Shown: positions 38,364 through 48,234 of the stretch, in pieces
Position numbering within the stretch: position 1 is the first letter of the stretch
Layout of the letters: each line of letters starts with the position of its first letter
Source: Yoonia sp.
Lineage (GTDB): Bacteria > Pseudomonadota > Alphaproteobacteria > Rhodobacterales > Rhodobacteraceae
Direction: 5' to 3'
Assembly (NCBI GenBank): GCA_023955335.1
Contig: JAGSGF010000002.1
Span: forward strand, 12,410 to 76,409
Length of the DNA: 64,000 nt
Program-made: the position numbers and the translations under genes
The notes under the pieces: model-generated
Seen by the model: only the letters and a program-made list of their open reading frames with translations
Databases searched by the model: none
Told to the model about the DNA's origin: nothing

Positions 38364-38992
38364 ACTACGGCGCGGATCAACCCGCGCAGAGAATTGCCCA
38401 CGAACACAGCCTCGGCGGCCACGACATCGGCCCAGCGCAACTGTGCCTCAATCGCGCGGCTATCAGCAAGTAACGACGCCCGTAATACCCCTGATAGAAC
38501 CCCGTCCGACAAAGGCGGCGTCAACAAAATGCCATCCCTTTGCACAAACACATTCGTAATCGTGCCTTCGCTGACAAACCCGGCTTGATTGACGAAGATC
38601 ACTTCGTCCAAACCTGTCGGCAAGGCAGCACGGGCGCTATCATAAAGTGCGCGGTGCGTTGTTTTCACCGCAAACCACGGGTCATCCGCATCTACCATCT
38701 GATCAGCCAAGCCGATCCGCCATTGATCAGGAGTCGCCCCCGCAGGCACAGCCATCACGTTTAATCCGCCTGATAGATCGACCGTCAAACGCACACGCAG
38801 CGGCACTGACATATCCAGCACCGCGACAGCGGCATCTACAATTTCTAGGTCAGGTGCAATCCCCAACCGCGCACAAGTCGCAATCAGCCGTGCACGGTGC
38901 GCAGGCCAACGAGGCATCCCATCAGGACCCGCGCCAAAGGTCTCGATCACTCTCAGGTCGTCGGGGCAAGTGTCGCGAAACGTGCTTTCCAT
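38360..38992 (-). CDS. aminotransferase class IV family protein (aminodeoxychorismate lyase-like)
   Basis: 210 aa with FVSEGTITNVFVQRDGILLTPPLSDGVLSGVLR. Overlaps pabB by 40 nt. The PabC assignment rests on context. Confidence 0.72.
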   Translation of the reverse strand: MESTFRDTCPDDLRVIETFGAGPDGMPRWPAHRARLIATCARLGIAPDLEIVDAAVAVLDMSVPLRVRLTVDLSGGLNVMAVPAGATPDQWRIGLADQMVDADDPWFAVKTTHRALYDSARAALPTGLDEVIFVNQAGFVSEGTITNVFVQRDGILLTPPLSDGVLSGVLRASLLADSRAIEAQLRWADVVAAEAVFVGNSLRGLIRAVV

Positions 38993-40077
38993 AAGGCTTC
39001 CTCATATTCAGCTTCGGCGGTGCTATCATATACGATCCCGCCGCCGACGTTTAGACGGACATCACCGTCTTTCCCGACCAGCAACGTGCGGATCGCCACA
39101 TTGAACCCCATTGGGCCTTCAGGTGACAGCCAGCCAATCGCGCCACAATAGGCATCGCGGGGGGCATCCTCTAGCTCTGCAATAATTTGCATGGCGCGGA
39201 TTTTCGGCGCACCGGTGATCGACCCACATGGGAACAAGGCGGTGAACAAATCTGTAACGGTCAAATCGGGCCGCAACTGCGCCTGCACCTCTGATGTCAT
39301 CTGGTGCACCGTTTCATATGTCTCGATCGAAAACAGCTTGGGTACTTTGACGGACCCGATCTCGGCCAAACGGCCCACGTCATTGCGCAACAAGTCCACG
39401 ATCATCAGGTTCTCGGCGCGGTTCTTGGGCGAACTCATCAGCCAGCTCTTATTGGCATGATCCATCTGAGGGGACGCGCCACGGGGCATGGTGCCCTTCA
39501 TCGGGCGGGTCGTGATCAAGCCTGTTTCATCGACGCTAAAGAACAACTCTGGCGACCGCGACAGCAGCACATCATCGCCAAGGTTAACATAGGCCCCGTA
39601 GCCCACGGGTTGGCGCACCTTCAACGCAGCGTATAAATCCGCCGGATGACCCGTCATTTGCGCGGTCATCGGAAAGGTGAAGTTGGCCTGATACACATCG
39701 CCAGCTGCGATGTACTCCTTAAGTGTGACCATGGCAGCAGCATAGCGGTCGAAGCCCCAAACAGGTTCTGGTGCCGTGAGTGCAGGCGTCGTTCCCATCG
39801 GGGTCGGTCCATCACAAGCCACAGGCGCATCGAACACCCCAAACTGCAACAACGGCAACCGCCGCCCGTCAGGCATCAGATCGTGCAGCTTGCCCGAAAA
39901 TGCATAGCCCAGCTCATAGCTCGCCATGCCCGCCAGCCAATGACCAGCGCAGCGTGCGGCCTCCATCGCGGCCAGAACCGCAGGCACATCATCCATCTCA
40001 TGTGCAACCAAAATGTTATGCGGGCGGGCAAACGCAGTGCCAACACCCAGCGGTCCTTTGTCAAAGATGATATCCAT
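38953..40077 (-). CDS. pabB: aminodeoxychorismate synthase component I
   Basis: 374 aa chorismate-binding enzyme with LFPCGSITGAPKIRAMQII. Short form lacking the anthranilate-synthase N-domain. Confidence 0.82.
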   Translation of the reverse strand: MDIIFDKGPLGVGTAFARPHNILVAHEMDDVPAVLAAMEAARCAGHWLAGMASYELGYAFSGKLHDLMPDGRRLPLLQFGVFDAPVACDGPTPMGTTPALTAPEPVWGFDRYAAAMVTLKEYIAAGDVYQANFTFPMTAQMTGHPADLYAALKVRQPVGYGAYVNLGDDVLLSRSPELFFSVDETGLITTRPMKGTMPRGASPQMDHANKSWLMSSPKNRAENLMIVDLLRNDVGRLAEIGSVKVPKLFSIETYETVHQMTSEVQAQLRPDLTVTDLFTALFPCGSITGAPKIRAMQIIAELEDAPRDAYCGAIGWLSPEGPMGFNVAIRTLLVGKDGDVRLNVGGGIVYDSTAEAEYEEALWKARFATLAPTT

Positions 40078-40218
40078 GCTGCAGCCTATATTGCGCGTTG
40101 CCTTTCACTTACACGCCACGCCAGCAACTGCCAACGCGGGGATGCGACGCATTGCGCACAAAAAAGGCCCCCACCCCCATGTGTAAGGGCAAAGGCCTCA
40201 TGTGAAATGCAGTTTGCC

Positions 40219-40608
40219 TTACTCGATACGTACCCAGTTTTGCCCAACACAAATCAAGCCGCCAGCAACACAGCCTTTAAGAACCAGTGCGTTGCCCGAC
40301 ACGGACATCTTACCAATATAAACCTTGTCGTTTGATGGACGCCAAGCTTTACCTTTATAAGATCCGTCACCCGCAGCGACCATGTCGATCACGATCTGAC
40401 GGCCGATATTTTCGGACTGATACTCTTCGCCACCGTTTCGGAATGTACGTGAAATCGCGCCGCAATAGGCGTCCGCACATGGCGCAATTGTGACATAAGC
40501 AAACGCACCATCGTCGACTTCGGTCTGCCAGATACCCTCAGCAGGGTCGGCCAATGCAGGTGTTGCAGATGCAATCAGCGCAATTGCGGTTTTCAAAATA
40601 CATTTCAT
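40219..40608 (-). CDS. DUF2147 domain-containing secreted protein
   Basis: 129 aa from the ATG at 40608 (MKCILKTAIALIASATPALA signal peptide). GIWQTE...GKAWRPSNDKVYIGKMSVSGNALVLKGCV pattern. Confidence 0.72.
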   Translation of the reverse strand: MKCILKTAIALIASATPALADPAEGIWQTEVDDGAFAYVTIAPCADAYCGAISRTFRNGGEEYQSENIGRQIVIDMVAAGDGSYKGKAWRPSNDKVYIGKMSVSGNALVLKGCVAGGLICVGQNWVRIE

Positions 40609-40744
40609 CTTGGTCTCTCTCCCGTTTTCTGCACTTACCCTGCGCGACGAGAGCGATTCCGCGCAAGACTGACGTTGGGTCCGTTGCAATCCAGCCCGCC
40701 ACATGCATAAACGGCACAAACCTCAGCAGACAAAGGACCGCGCC

Positions 40745-41461
40745 ATGATCCTCTACCCCGCCATCGACCTCAAAGACGGGAACGCCGTGCGGCTTGTGCA
40801 TGGGGACATGAACCAAACAACGGTGTTTAACGACGATCCAGCCGCCCAAGCCCGCGCATTTGTCGATGCAGGCTGCGCGTGGCTGCACTTGGTCGACCTA
40901 AACGGAGCATTTGCAGGTGAACCTGTCAACGCAGCACCGGTTGAGGCCATCCTCAAAGCCTGCCCCGTCCCTGCGCAACTCGGTGGTGGCATCCGCGATA
41001 TGAAAACCATTGAACGTTGGATCGACAAGGGCCTCGCCCGTGTCATCCTCGGCACCGTCGCCGTAGAAAACCCCGATCTGGTTCGTGAAGCTGCCCGCGA
41101 ATTCCCCGGAAAAGTCGCCGTGGGCCTAGATGCCCGCAATGGTTTCGTCGCCACACGCGGCTGGGCCGAAGAAACCGCCATCCAAGTCGTGGACCTCGCC
41201 CGCCAATTCGAAGATGCAGGCATATCCGCGATCATCTACACCGACATCCTGCGCGATGGGGCTATGAAAGGCCCAAACATCGACGCCACAGCCGCCCTCG
41301 CGCGGGCGGTGAACATTCCCGTGATCGCATCTGGCGGCGTATCGTCGATGGCTGACCTGACTGCATTGAAAGACACTGGCGTCATTTCTGGCGCGATTTC
41401 AGGTCGTGCGCTTTATGACGGGGCGATTGACCTGACCGCTGCTCTCAAGCTACTCAGCTAA
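40745..41461 (+). CDS. hisA: 1-(5-phosphoribosyl)-5-[(5-phosphoribosylamino)methylideneamino]imidazole-4-carboxamide isomerase
   Basis: 238 aa from the ATG at 40745: [18 protein letters not shown]-terminal GRALYDG. Confidence 0.95.
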   Translation: MILYPAIDLKDGNAVRLVHGDMNQTTVFNDDPAAQARAFVDAGCAWLHLVDLNGAFAGEPVNAAPVEAILKACPVPAQLGGGIRDMKTIERWIDKGLARVILGTVAVENPDLVREAAREFPGKVAVGLDARNGFVATRGWAEETAIQVVDLARQFEDAGISAIIYTDILRDGAMKGPNIDATAALARAVNIPVIASGGVSSMADLTALKDTGVISGAISGRALYDGAIDLTAALKLLS

Positions 41462-41462
41462 T

Positions 41463-42224
41463 ATGCTTAAAACCCGCATCATCCCCTGCCTTGATGTCGC
41501 CGAAGGGCGCACAGTCAAAGGCGTCAACTTCGTTGATCTGATCGACGCGGGCGACCCTGTGGAACAAGCCATCGCCTATAACATCGCGGGCGCAGACGAA
41601 CTTGTGTTCCTCGACATCAAAGCCACCGTTGAAAATCGGGGCACGATGTTTGATCTCGCGACACGGACGGCCGAACACTGCTTTATGCCGCTCACCATTG
41701 GTGGCGGTGTGCGCACCCACCACGATGTACGTGACCTGCTGCTGGCTGGCGCTGATAAAGTCAGCTTCAACTCTGCCGCAGTCGCTGACCCCAATGTCAT
41801 CGAAGACGCAGCAATGCGGTTCGGCAGCCAATGTATAGTTGTGGCGATCGATGCCAAAACCGTAGCACCCGGCAAATGGGAAATCTTCACCCACGGGGGA
41901 CGCAAGTCCACTGGCATAGACGCCGTAGAGTTTGCAAAACTCGTTGTGGCTAAAGGCGCAGGTGAAATCCTGCTCACCTCCATGGACCGCGACGGGACCA
42001 AAACAGGCTTTAACCTGCCGCTGACACGCGCAATTAGCGACGCAGTCAGCGTACCTGTAATTGCATCAGGCGGCGTCGGCACGCTCGACCACCTCGTCGA
42101 AGGGGTCACCGAAGGCCATGCATCCGCCGTCCTTGCGGCGTCAATCTTTCACTTTGGCACTTACACAATCGGCGAGGCAAAGGCCCACATGGCCGCCGCT
42201 GGCATCCCCATGAGGCTGACATGA
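41463..42224 (+). CDS. hisF: imidazole glycerol phosphate synthase, cyclase subunit
   Basis: 253 aa. [19 protein letters not shown] and [10 protein letters not shown]. Confidence 0.97.
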   Translation: MLKTRIIPCLDVAEGRTVKGVNFVDLIDAGDPVEQAIAYNIAGADELVFLDIKATVENRGTMFDLATRTAEHCFMPLTIGGGVRTHHDVRDLLLAGADKVSFNSAAVADPNVIEDAAMRFGSQCIVVAIDAKTVAPGKWEIFTHGGRKSTGIDAVEFAKLVVAKGAGEILLTSMDRDGTKTGFNLPLTRAISDAVSVPVIASGGVGTLDHLVEGVTEGHASAVLAASIFHFGTYTIGEAKAHMAAAGIPMRLT

Positions 42225-42529
42225 CACTCGACGACTTGGCGCAAATCATCGAAGCCCGCAAATCCGCCGACCCAGACAGCAGCTGGACAGCGAAATTACT
42301 CGCCAAGGGCCCTGAAAAATGCGCCGAAAAATTCGGTGAAGAATCGATTGAAGCCATCATCGAGGCCGTGAAAGGCGACAAAACAGCGCTGACTTCAGAG
42401 GCGGCAGATGTACTCTACCACCTTCTCGTGCTGCTTGCCGCCAGCGACGTCGCGCTCATCGATGTCATGACCGAACTCGCTCGCCGCCAAGGCACATCCG
42501 GCATCGCAGAAAAAGCAGCGCGGCTCTAG
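42221..42529 (+). CDS. hisE: phosphoribosyl-ATP pyrophosphatase
   Basis: 102 aa. [13 protein letters not shown]...[15 protein letters not shown] overlap with hisF. Confidence 0.9.
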   Translation: MTLDDLAQIIEARKSADPDSSWTAKLLAKGPEKCAEKFGEESIEAIIEAVKGDKTALTSEAADVLYHLLVLLAASDVALIDVMTELARRQGTSGIAEKAARL

Positions 42530-42557
42530 ACTTTTTCGGAGCCTAAATATGTCGGGG

Positions 42558-42575
42558 TTTGGGGCTGGCCCCAAA
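42558..42575. terminator. short hairpin between the convergent hisE and CoA-binding genes
   Basis: TTTGGGGC-tg-GCCCCAAA. The U-runs are weak. Confidence 0.3.
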
Positions 42576-43043
42576 TTACAGTTTTGACGAAATCACACCC
42601 GTATTAAATCCGCCCATGCGCAACTCGCCAAACAGGCGTTGATATTCAATTTTGGGACAACGGTTTTGCACAACGTCCACGCCGCGGGCTTTTGCCACCT
42701 CAGCGGCAGGCTGGTTGATAACACCAATCTGCATCCACACCGTCTGCAAACGTGGCCAGCGCGCAAGTGCTTCGTCCACAATCGGACCAACAGCGTCGGA
42801 ACGGCGAAAAATGTCAACCATATCAACATCTTCAGGGATGCTGGTCAAATCCGCATGGACCGTCTCACCAAAAAGAGATTGCCCAGCAAGACCGGGGTTT
42901 ACACCGATCACACGCATGCCTTTTAGCTTAAGATAACGCGCTACGAAATAACTGGGGCGCACAGGGTTCGCTGATATTCCAACAAGGGCCACAGTTTTGG
43001 TGCGGCGCAAAATCTCACGTAAATTTTCATCTGAATCAGTCAT
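42576..43043 (-). CDS. CoA-binding domain protein (YccU-like)
   Basis: 155 aa. KTVALVGISANPVRPSYFVARYLKLKGMRVIGVNP. Confidence 0.85.
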   Translation of the reverse strand: MTDSDENLREILRRTKTVALVGISANPVRPSYFVARYLKLKGMRVIGVNPGLAGQSLFGETVHADLTSIPEDVDMVDIFRRSDAVGPIVDEALARWPRLQTVWMQIGVINQPAAEVAKARGVDVVQNRCPKIEYQRLFGELRMGGFNTGVISSKL

Positions 43044-43070
43044 ATCTGGACCCTACACGAAAAATCTGGG

Positions 43071-43102
43071 AAAAAATGCACCCAGACCGACATCTGGGTG
43101 CA
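43071..43102 (-). terminator. intrinsic terminator after the YHS-domain gene
   Basis: 10-bp stem TGCACCCAGA / TCTGGGTGCA (43077-43086 with 43093-43102) and a 6-nt loop. On the minus strand it is followed by TTTTTT (plus strand A-run 43071-43076). Confidence 0.7.
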
Positions 43103-43226
43103 GTTTTGGAACGAGGGACAGAATGGAAATAGGCCAATTGTTCCAAACACGGCCTTTCCAATAGATTACATATGACCATGAACCCGAAGTACCAGCAGCG
43201 CTCCGGTATTTGTGATCACCCGTGTG

Positions 43227-43676
43227 CTAAGCGCTCAAAATCGTTGGCCAGTTTGCATTCCCAAGAGCAACATTTCCAGGAATATCCTTCGCCCAACGGC
43301 GGCGTACGCCCTTGGAATAGTTCAAGTAAAGCTTCCCATCATGAATAGTCCACGCCTTCGGATCCGTCGAAGCCGTATAGCCTTGAGATACAGCAAAGGC
43401 ACAATAGCCTCCATATTGCGGGGCATACCGGGCGGGCGCAGCTTCAAATGCGGCCATATTTGCAGCACTGGAAAATCGCCACGCGGCCCCTCTCCACATC
43501 AAAGAATGACCCACACGACCTACAACAGGGCCATTTTCATCAAAATAAGCAACGGGGTCAGTGCCCCGAATAGCCAAGCCATCCTCAGCATAAATCCAAG
43601 GCGTGGCAGCAAAAGCAGGGCGCGCGATAAAAGGGGATGCAGCCAACAGGCCGATCAGCTTACGACGGTTTAACAT
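43227..43676 (-). CDS. YHS-domain periplasmic protein with a Tat-like signal
   Basis: 149 aa. MLNRRKLIGLLAASPFIARPAFA signal, then GTDPVAYF...GGYCAFAVSQG, typical of YHS-domain proteins. Confidence 0.72.
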   Translation of the reverse strand: MLNRRKLIGLLAASPFIARPAFAATPWIYAEDGLAIRGTDPVAYFDENGPVVGRVGHSLMWRGAAWRFSSAANMAAFEAAPARYAPQYGGYCAFAVSQGYTASTDPKAWTIHDGKLYLNYSKGVRRRWAKDIPGNVALGNANWPTILSA

Positions 43677-43783
43677 TAAAAAGGTCTCCGATTAGAATGC
43701 GTCATGTCTGCGTCTTAAGTGCGCCCAATCGACAATGAAATAAAGTCCCCTCGCCAAGGTGTGACCAATACATGGGAAATGTT

Positions 43784-44095
43784 TCAATCAAAGATATCTT
43801 CGATCACATCCCAAATCTCATGCAGGGCTTTACGACCCAAGACACTGAATTTAATCTTCTTTTTGGGACGATTCCGCTTGGGTTTGTCAGAATCTTTCCG
43901 CGCCTTTTGAGGGCGTGGGCGGGTGGGTGCCGCCGTAGGCGCAGTCACCAGAGCGGGCTGACTTCGTAACATTTTCATCTGGCTAAGCGGTGCGCCACAG
44001 GTGGAACAAGCCAACTCATGACGCACATCGCCCGATAAAACCAACGCCGCCTTGGTGCCGCAGTAACAACAGGTCGCCACTTTGACAGAGGGCAT
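43784..44095 (-). CDS. small zinc-ribbon protein with a lysine/arginine-rich tail (hypothetical)
   Basis: 103 aa. CCYCG...CSTCG four-Cys ribbon, then PTRPRPQKARKDSDKPKRNRPKKKIK and an acidic C-terminus. Confidence 0.55.
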   Translation of the reverse strand: MPSVKVATCCYCGTKAALVLSGDVRHELACSTCGAPLSQMKMLRSQPALVTAPTAAPTRPRPQKARKDSDKPKRNRPKKKIKFSVLGRKALHEIWDVIEDIFD

Positions 44096-44106
44096 TGGTA
44101 TTTCTC

Positions 44107-44895
44107 CTACTTGGTTCCTCTTGCAGCATATAGGGCCACGGCGGCGGCATTTGAGACGTTGAGCGATCCAAATCCACCTGCTGCGTCAATGCGTACCAGC
44201 GCATCGCAGGTCTCAGCCGTCTTTTCGCGCAAACCCGGACCTTCGGCGCCCATCACCAATGCAATTGCGCGGTCGCGCTTGCCTTCAACAGCCTGATCAA
44301 TCGTCTGTTCCGCTGTGCCTTCGAGGCCAATTATGAAAAAGCCCATTTCTTTAAGCGCAGTCATTGTGTCAGCAAGGTTACGCACCCGCAGATAAGGTTG
44401 ACGTTCCATCGCACCACTGGCGGTTTTCGCTAGCGCGCCAGTTTCTGGCGCAGCATGGCGTTGCATCGCAATCACAGCGCGGGCACCAAATACTTCGGCT
44501 GACCGCAAAATTGCACCTACGTTATGTGGGTCGGTTACACGATCAAGCAACACAATACGCGGTGGGCTATCATCGCCTGCGCCGCCCACGGCAACATCTT
44601 CCAATGTCCCCCAATCAAGCGGTTTAACTTCCAAAGCCGCCCCTTGATGCACCGACTGCGGATCAAGCGGCGCTGCAAATTTACGCGGATCAGAAATTTC
44701 AGGCTCCATCCCGCTGATACCAACGGCATCGCCCAAACGGTCCAGCGCATTGCGAGTCACAACAAGCCGTAAACGTTCGCGACGCGGGTTCATCAACGCA
44801 TCACGCACCGCATGAAGACCGAACAGCCAGATCGTTTCATTCGCGGCAACCCGCTTGGCTTGTTCTTTTTCAATAACCCACTTCGGCTTTTCCAT
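44107..44895 (-). CDS. rlmB: 23S rRNA (guanosine-2'-O)-methyltransferase, SpoU/TrmH family (RlmB-like)
   Basis: 262 aa. DRVTDPHNVGAILRSAEVFG and LVMGAEGPGLR motifs. Confidence 0.86.
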   Translation of the reverse strand: MEKPKWVIEKEQAKRVAANETIWLFGLHAVRDALMNPRRERLRLVVTRNALDRLGDAVGISGMEPEISDPRKFAAPLDPQSVHQGAALEVKPLDWGTLEDVAVGGAGDDSPPRIVLLDRVTDPHNVGAILRSAEVFGARAVIAMQRHAAPETGALAKTASGAMERQPYLRVRNLADTMTALKEMGFFIIGLEGTAEQTIDQAVEGKRDRAIALVMGAEGPGLREKTAETCDALVRIDAAGGFGSLNVSNAAAVALYAARGTK

Positions 44896-45040
44896 CTCGG
44901 CATCCCTTTATTATACGGCCCGTTTGGGCGCGATTTCAGCCACGACGTAGCCTAGTTTGCCATGACTGTGAACCCACTGGCAAAATCACTGCATTTTCCA
45001 GTTGACCCTGTCAGAGGTCACGTTTAGTCAGCGCCTTAGT

Positions 45041-45124
45041 GGGCGACAGGCCGCAAGGTGTGGCAGGAGACTGTAACTCTCTCGCGGAGACGCACGCCTG
45101 GTTCGATTCCAGGGTCGCCCACCA
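45041..45124 (+). tRNA. tRNA-Tyr (anticodon GTA), long variable arm
   Basis: Acceptor GGGCGAC/GTCGCCC, anticodon stem-loop GGAGA-CTGTAAC-TCTCT, 14-nt variable arm, T arm CCTGG-TTCGATT-CCAGG, encoded CCA. Confidence 0.88.
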
Positions 45125-45176
45125 CTCAGTCTCCCTTAAACCGCACGAAGTATGCATAGCAAAAATAGTGTTTATA

Positions 45177-45900
45177 TTACCGTGATATGGCGGGAGTTAG
45201 ACCGCCAGCATCGGACAGCCACGTTGCCAGCCCGCTTGGGACAACGCGTTCAATCTGATTTGCCGGCAAACTCTCGACGCCCGTTCGGGCTTTGGAACCG
45301 GATACAGCTGTTGTGTCCGACCAATACCGCCGCGTCCGGATCATGTCCGTTTTGCGCACCGACTTGTTGACGTAGGTCACCCGCATCAGCCGACCCCTTG
45401 CATCAAACAAAACGCCATCGAAAGCCCGCGTAATAGAACGTCAACCTGCAACAATTTTCTTGCCGCCATGATCCGCCAGCCGGTTCTGGACACGCTGCCA
45501 GATGGTTTTATCTAAAACCGCGTCCTGAAGCCCTTCGTGCAGCTCTGCCTCGCGGCGCAGCTTGCCGATATCAGTCGGATTGTGCAGGATATTGCAAAGT
45601 GCGCCGCGCAAGAACGCCCTACCGCCGCTGATGGCGCCAGTCGCATCAAACGGGCGGGAAATTTGGGAGGGTTGTTACTCTGTGCGCGCGCCTGCGTGGC
45701 AACTCACGTCCAGCGGTTTTTTCACAACCGGCGATCAAAGCAGTTTTACCTGCGCAAGGGCAGACCCATGTATCAGGCTGTGATTACACAGCAAAGCTGG
45801 TCGAAGTCGTATTCGGCCCAAACCGACGGTTCATGCACCCGGCTACGAACGCATGCTCCCAGCCCTTTCTTGCCGTTCGATTAAGCCGGGCGCAGCATAA
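45177..45900 (-). pseudogene. large serine recombinase remnant (N-terminal catalytic domain apparently missing, frames broken)
   Basis: Minus-strand frame 45444-45674: GAISGGRAFLRGALCNILHNPTDIGKLRREAELHEGLQDAVLDKTIWQRVQNRLADHGGKK (recombinase-domain pattern). A different frame at 45177-45410 reads FDARGRLMRVTYVNKSV...TRRYWSDT...SLPANQIERVV (like the lfD.G..M / RYRYYvS / RlPA.eiE C-region). Stops separate the pieces. The upper boundary is uncertain. Confidence 0.55.
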
Positions 45901-46109
45901 ACGCGACGTGCAAGGTGGGCGGATTGTGGACATTCGCTAGATGTGTCGATGTGTCATCCAAATACGAGTGAAGCAGGCATTGGTGACGCCAAAACATTGA
46001 ATAGTTGGAACAAATTTCTTCATATTGTACAGGATTCCTTAACAAGATCGTAAAGAAAAAGTGGGATCGTTGGGCTTTATTTTAACGCTATCGAAACCGG
46101 AGCATGTAC

Positions 46110-46400
46110 ATGGAAATTTCGGTCCAAAACCAAACTAACGTCCCCCACCCCCTGAAGCCTAGCGGGCAAGTGGCAGCAACCGCCAATGCCAGCAGTGAAG
46201 CCAGGCAGCCCGATCTGGTGCAAGCCGCGCAAATTCCTGAGCAGTTGGGCGTAACTGGTGCATTGAATGAGGCAAAAGCCGGAGTATTGGAAGCAGGCAA
46301 GATAGAGCCAAATCTCTTCTACCGCACGCTTAAACCCTACGATACGGTCATGCTCCCGTACCGTGCCGCGGATGAAAAACGACTGCATCAGATATTATAG
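46110..46400 (+). CDS. orphan hypothetical protein
   Basis: 96 aa from the ATG at 46110 (GGAG lies 8 nt upstream): MEISVQNQTNVPHPLKPSGQVAATANASSEARQPDLVQ... No family recognised. It sits in a low-coding-density stretch. Confidence 0.3.
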   Translation: MEISVQNQTNVPHPLKPSGQVAATANASSEARQPDLVQAAQIPEQLGVTGALNEAKAGVLEAGKIEPNLFYRTLKPYDTVMLPYRAADEKRLHQIL

Positions 46401-46548
46401 CCCGGTCTAAAATCTGGGATACAACGATATGCTTCTTTGGATCGCGCGAACTTGCGATTGGCGGAATTGGCCCCTTTCTACACTCTTGAGACATGGAAAG
46501 CTTTTGTGATGCCATTCAAAATCAGCATGTGACTTTAGGTATTACGAA

Positions 46549-48234
46549 TCATGGTCGCCAATCGGCTGGCAGAACGGGCGTGAGCGCCAACAGCTCTTTC
46601 GTGTACTCTGCGGTCGGGGTTTCATAGATCGTTGCGCAAGGACCTTGTTCCTGAATACGTCCGTTGCGCAGCACAACAACGTCATCTGCCATTTGCCGGA
46701 CAACTGAAAGATTGTGACTGATAAACAGAACCGTAAGTCCAAAAGACGCTTGCAGGTCCTTCAAAAGGTTCAAAAGCTGCGCCTGAATAGAGACGTCGAG
46801 TGCAGACGTTGGCTCATCGCAGATCAGGACTTTAGGCCGCGCCAAAAGCGCACGGGCGACTGCAATGCGTTGGCGTTGCCCACCTGAAAACTGATGTGGG
46901 TACTTGTCAATTGCTTCTGGCAACATCCCAACGAGGCGAAGCATGTCGATACACAGCTTACGACGTTCCTCCTTATCCGTGACCAATCCATAAAGCCAAA
47001 GTGGTTCTGCCAGAATAGTACCGACGCGATGACGCGAATTAAGCGATGAATATGGATCCTGAAACACCATTTGGATCAACTGCCGCGAGGGGTGCTTGCG
47101 CGCGCGCGCGCCCCCACCGGGCAACGGCGCACCAGCTAAAGTCATCGTTCCGTCTGACGGTTTGATCAATCCCGTCAGCGTTTTTGCCAGCGTTGACTTA
47201 CCAGAGCCGCTTTCTCCAACAATACCCATGATCGACCCAGGGCGGACGACGAAGCTAATGTCTTGTAAGGCAATATGGGGCGCAGGCTTTTGCCACATCG
47301 AAGTTCGAACGCCGGGGAAACTGACAGCTATACCCTCTAGCGTCAGGCCAACTGCGGTTTCCCGCTCGGCTCCTAACAACCATGCCCTTGCCGCATCGCC
47401 TTGACCGGTCGCGTCAATTTCTTCGTCTTTAGGCACACGAAAGCGATCAATCTTACGGTCCAAAGGTGGAACCGCATCCATCAACTGTTTGGTATAGGCA
47501 TGACTTGGGTTCCCCAAAACCTCAGCCGTAGGCCCACTCTCAATTCGCTTGCCACGCCGCATCATGGTTACGGTATCTGCAATCTGGGCAATGACACCAA
47601 TGTCGTGGGTGATCAGCATGAAACCCACTTTGCGTACGTCTGCCAGTCTACGGATCAAATCCAAGACCTGGCTTTGAACAGCAACATCCAGAGCCGTCGT
47701 CGGTTCATCCGCAATGATCAGTTCGGGGTTCGTGCAAATTGCCAAGGCGATGACCACGCGTTGGCGCATACCGCCAGAAAACTGATGTGGATAAGACCGC
47801 ATGCGACTGGAAGCATCTTCGATCCCCATTTCTTCCAGCAGATCAATAGCACGGCTTTGGGCGGCGTCGGCAGAAATATCTTCGTGGGCCAAGATAGTTT
47901 CGACCAGTTGGTCTTCAATTCTCATCAACGGGTTCAGGCTGGTTTGCGGGTCCTGGAAAATCATCGAGACACGTTTACCGCGCAGCGCGTGCGCCTCGAA
48001 CCGATCTAGCGCACGCAGGTCGACATCGCCCAATTGCAGCGTCCCGTCAGCCACAAAACCAGGTGGTTGGAGCAGTCCAATGATTGCGGCACCCACTGTA
48101 GACTTACCTGCACCGCTTTCGCCAACCAATCCGTGAATTTCTCCCGGTGCAATGGCCATTGCCATGTTCTCAACCGCTGTGACATCGCCAAAACGTGACG
48201 GGAACTTAACGGTGAGATTTTCGACCCTTAGCAT
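46549..48234 (-). CDS. ABC transporter ATP-binding protein, fused double ATPase (DppD/DppF-type)
   Basis: 561 aa. Two Walker A motifs (GESGAGKST, GESGSGKST) and two signature motifs (FSGGMRQR, FSGGQRQR). Confidence 0.93.
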   Translation of the reverse strand: MLRVENLTVKFPSRFGDVTAVENMAMAIAPGEIHGLVGESGAGKSTVGAAIIGLLQPPGFVADGTLQLGDVDLRALDRFEAHALRGKRVSMIFQDPQTSLNPLMRIEDQLVETILAHEDISADAAQSRAIDLLEEMGIEDASSRMRSYPHQFSGGMRQRVVIALAICTNPELIIADEPTTALDVAVQSQVLDLIRRLADVRKVGFMLITHDIGVIAQIADTVTMMRRGKRIESGPTAEVLGNPSHAYTKQLMDAVPPLDRKIDRFRVPKDEEIDATGQGDAARAWLLGAERETAVGLTLEGIAVSFPGVRTSMWQKPAPHIALQDISFVVRPGSIMGIVGESGSGKSTLAKTLTGLIKPSDGTMTLAGAPLPGGGARARKHPSRQLIQMVFQDPYSSLNSRHRVGTILAEPLWLYGLVTDKEERRKLCIDMLRLVGMLPEAIDKYPHQFSGGQRQRIAVARALLARPKVLICDEPTSALDVSIQAQLLNLLKDLQASFGLTVLFISHNLSVVRQMADDVVVLRNGRIQEQGPCATIYETPTAEYTKELLALTPVLPADWRP

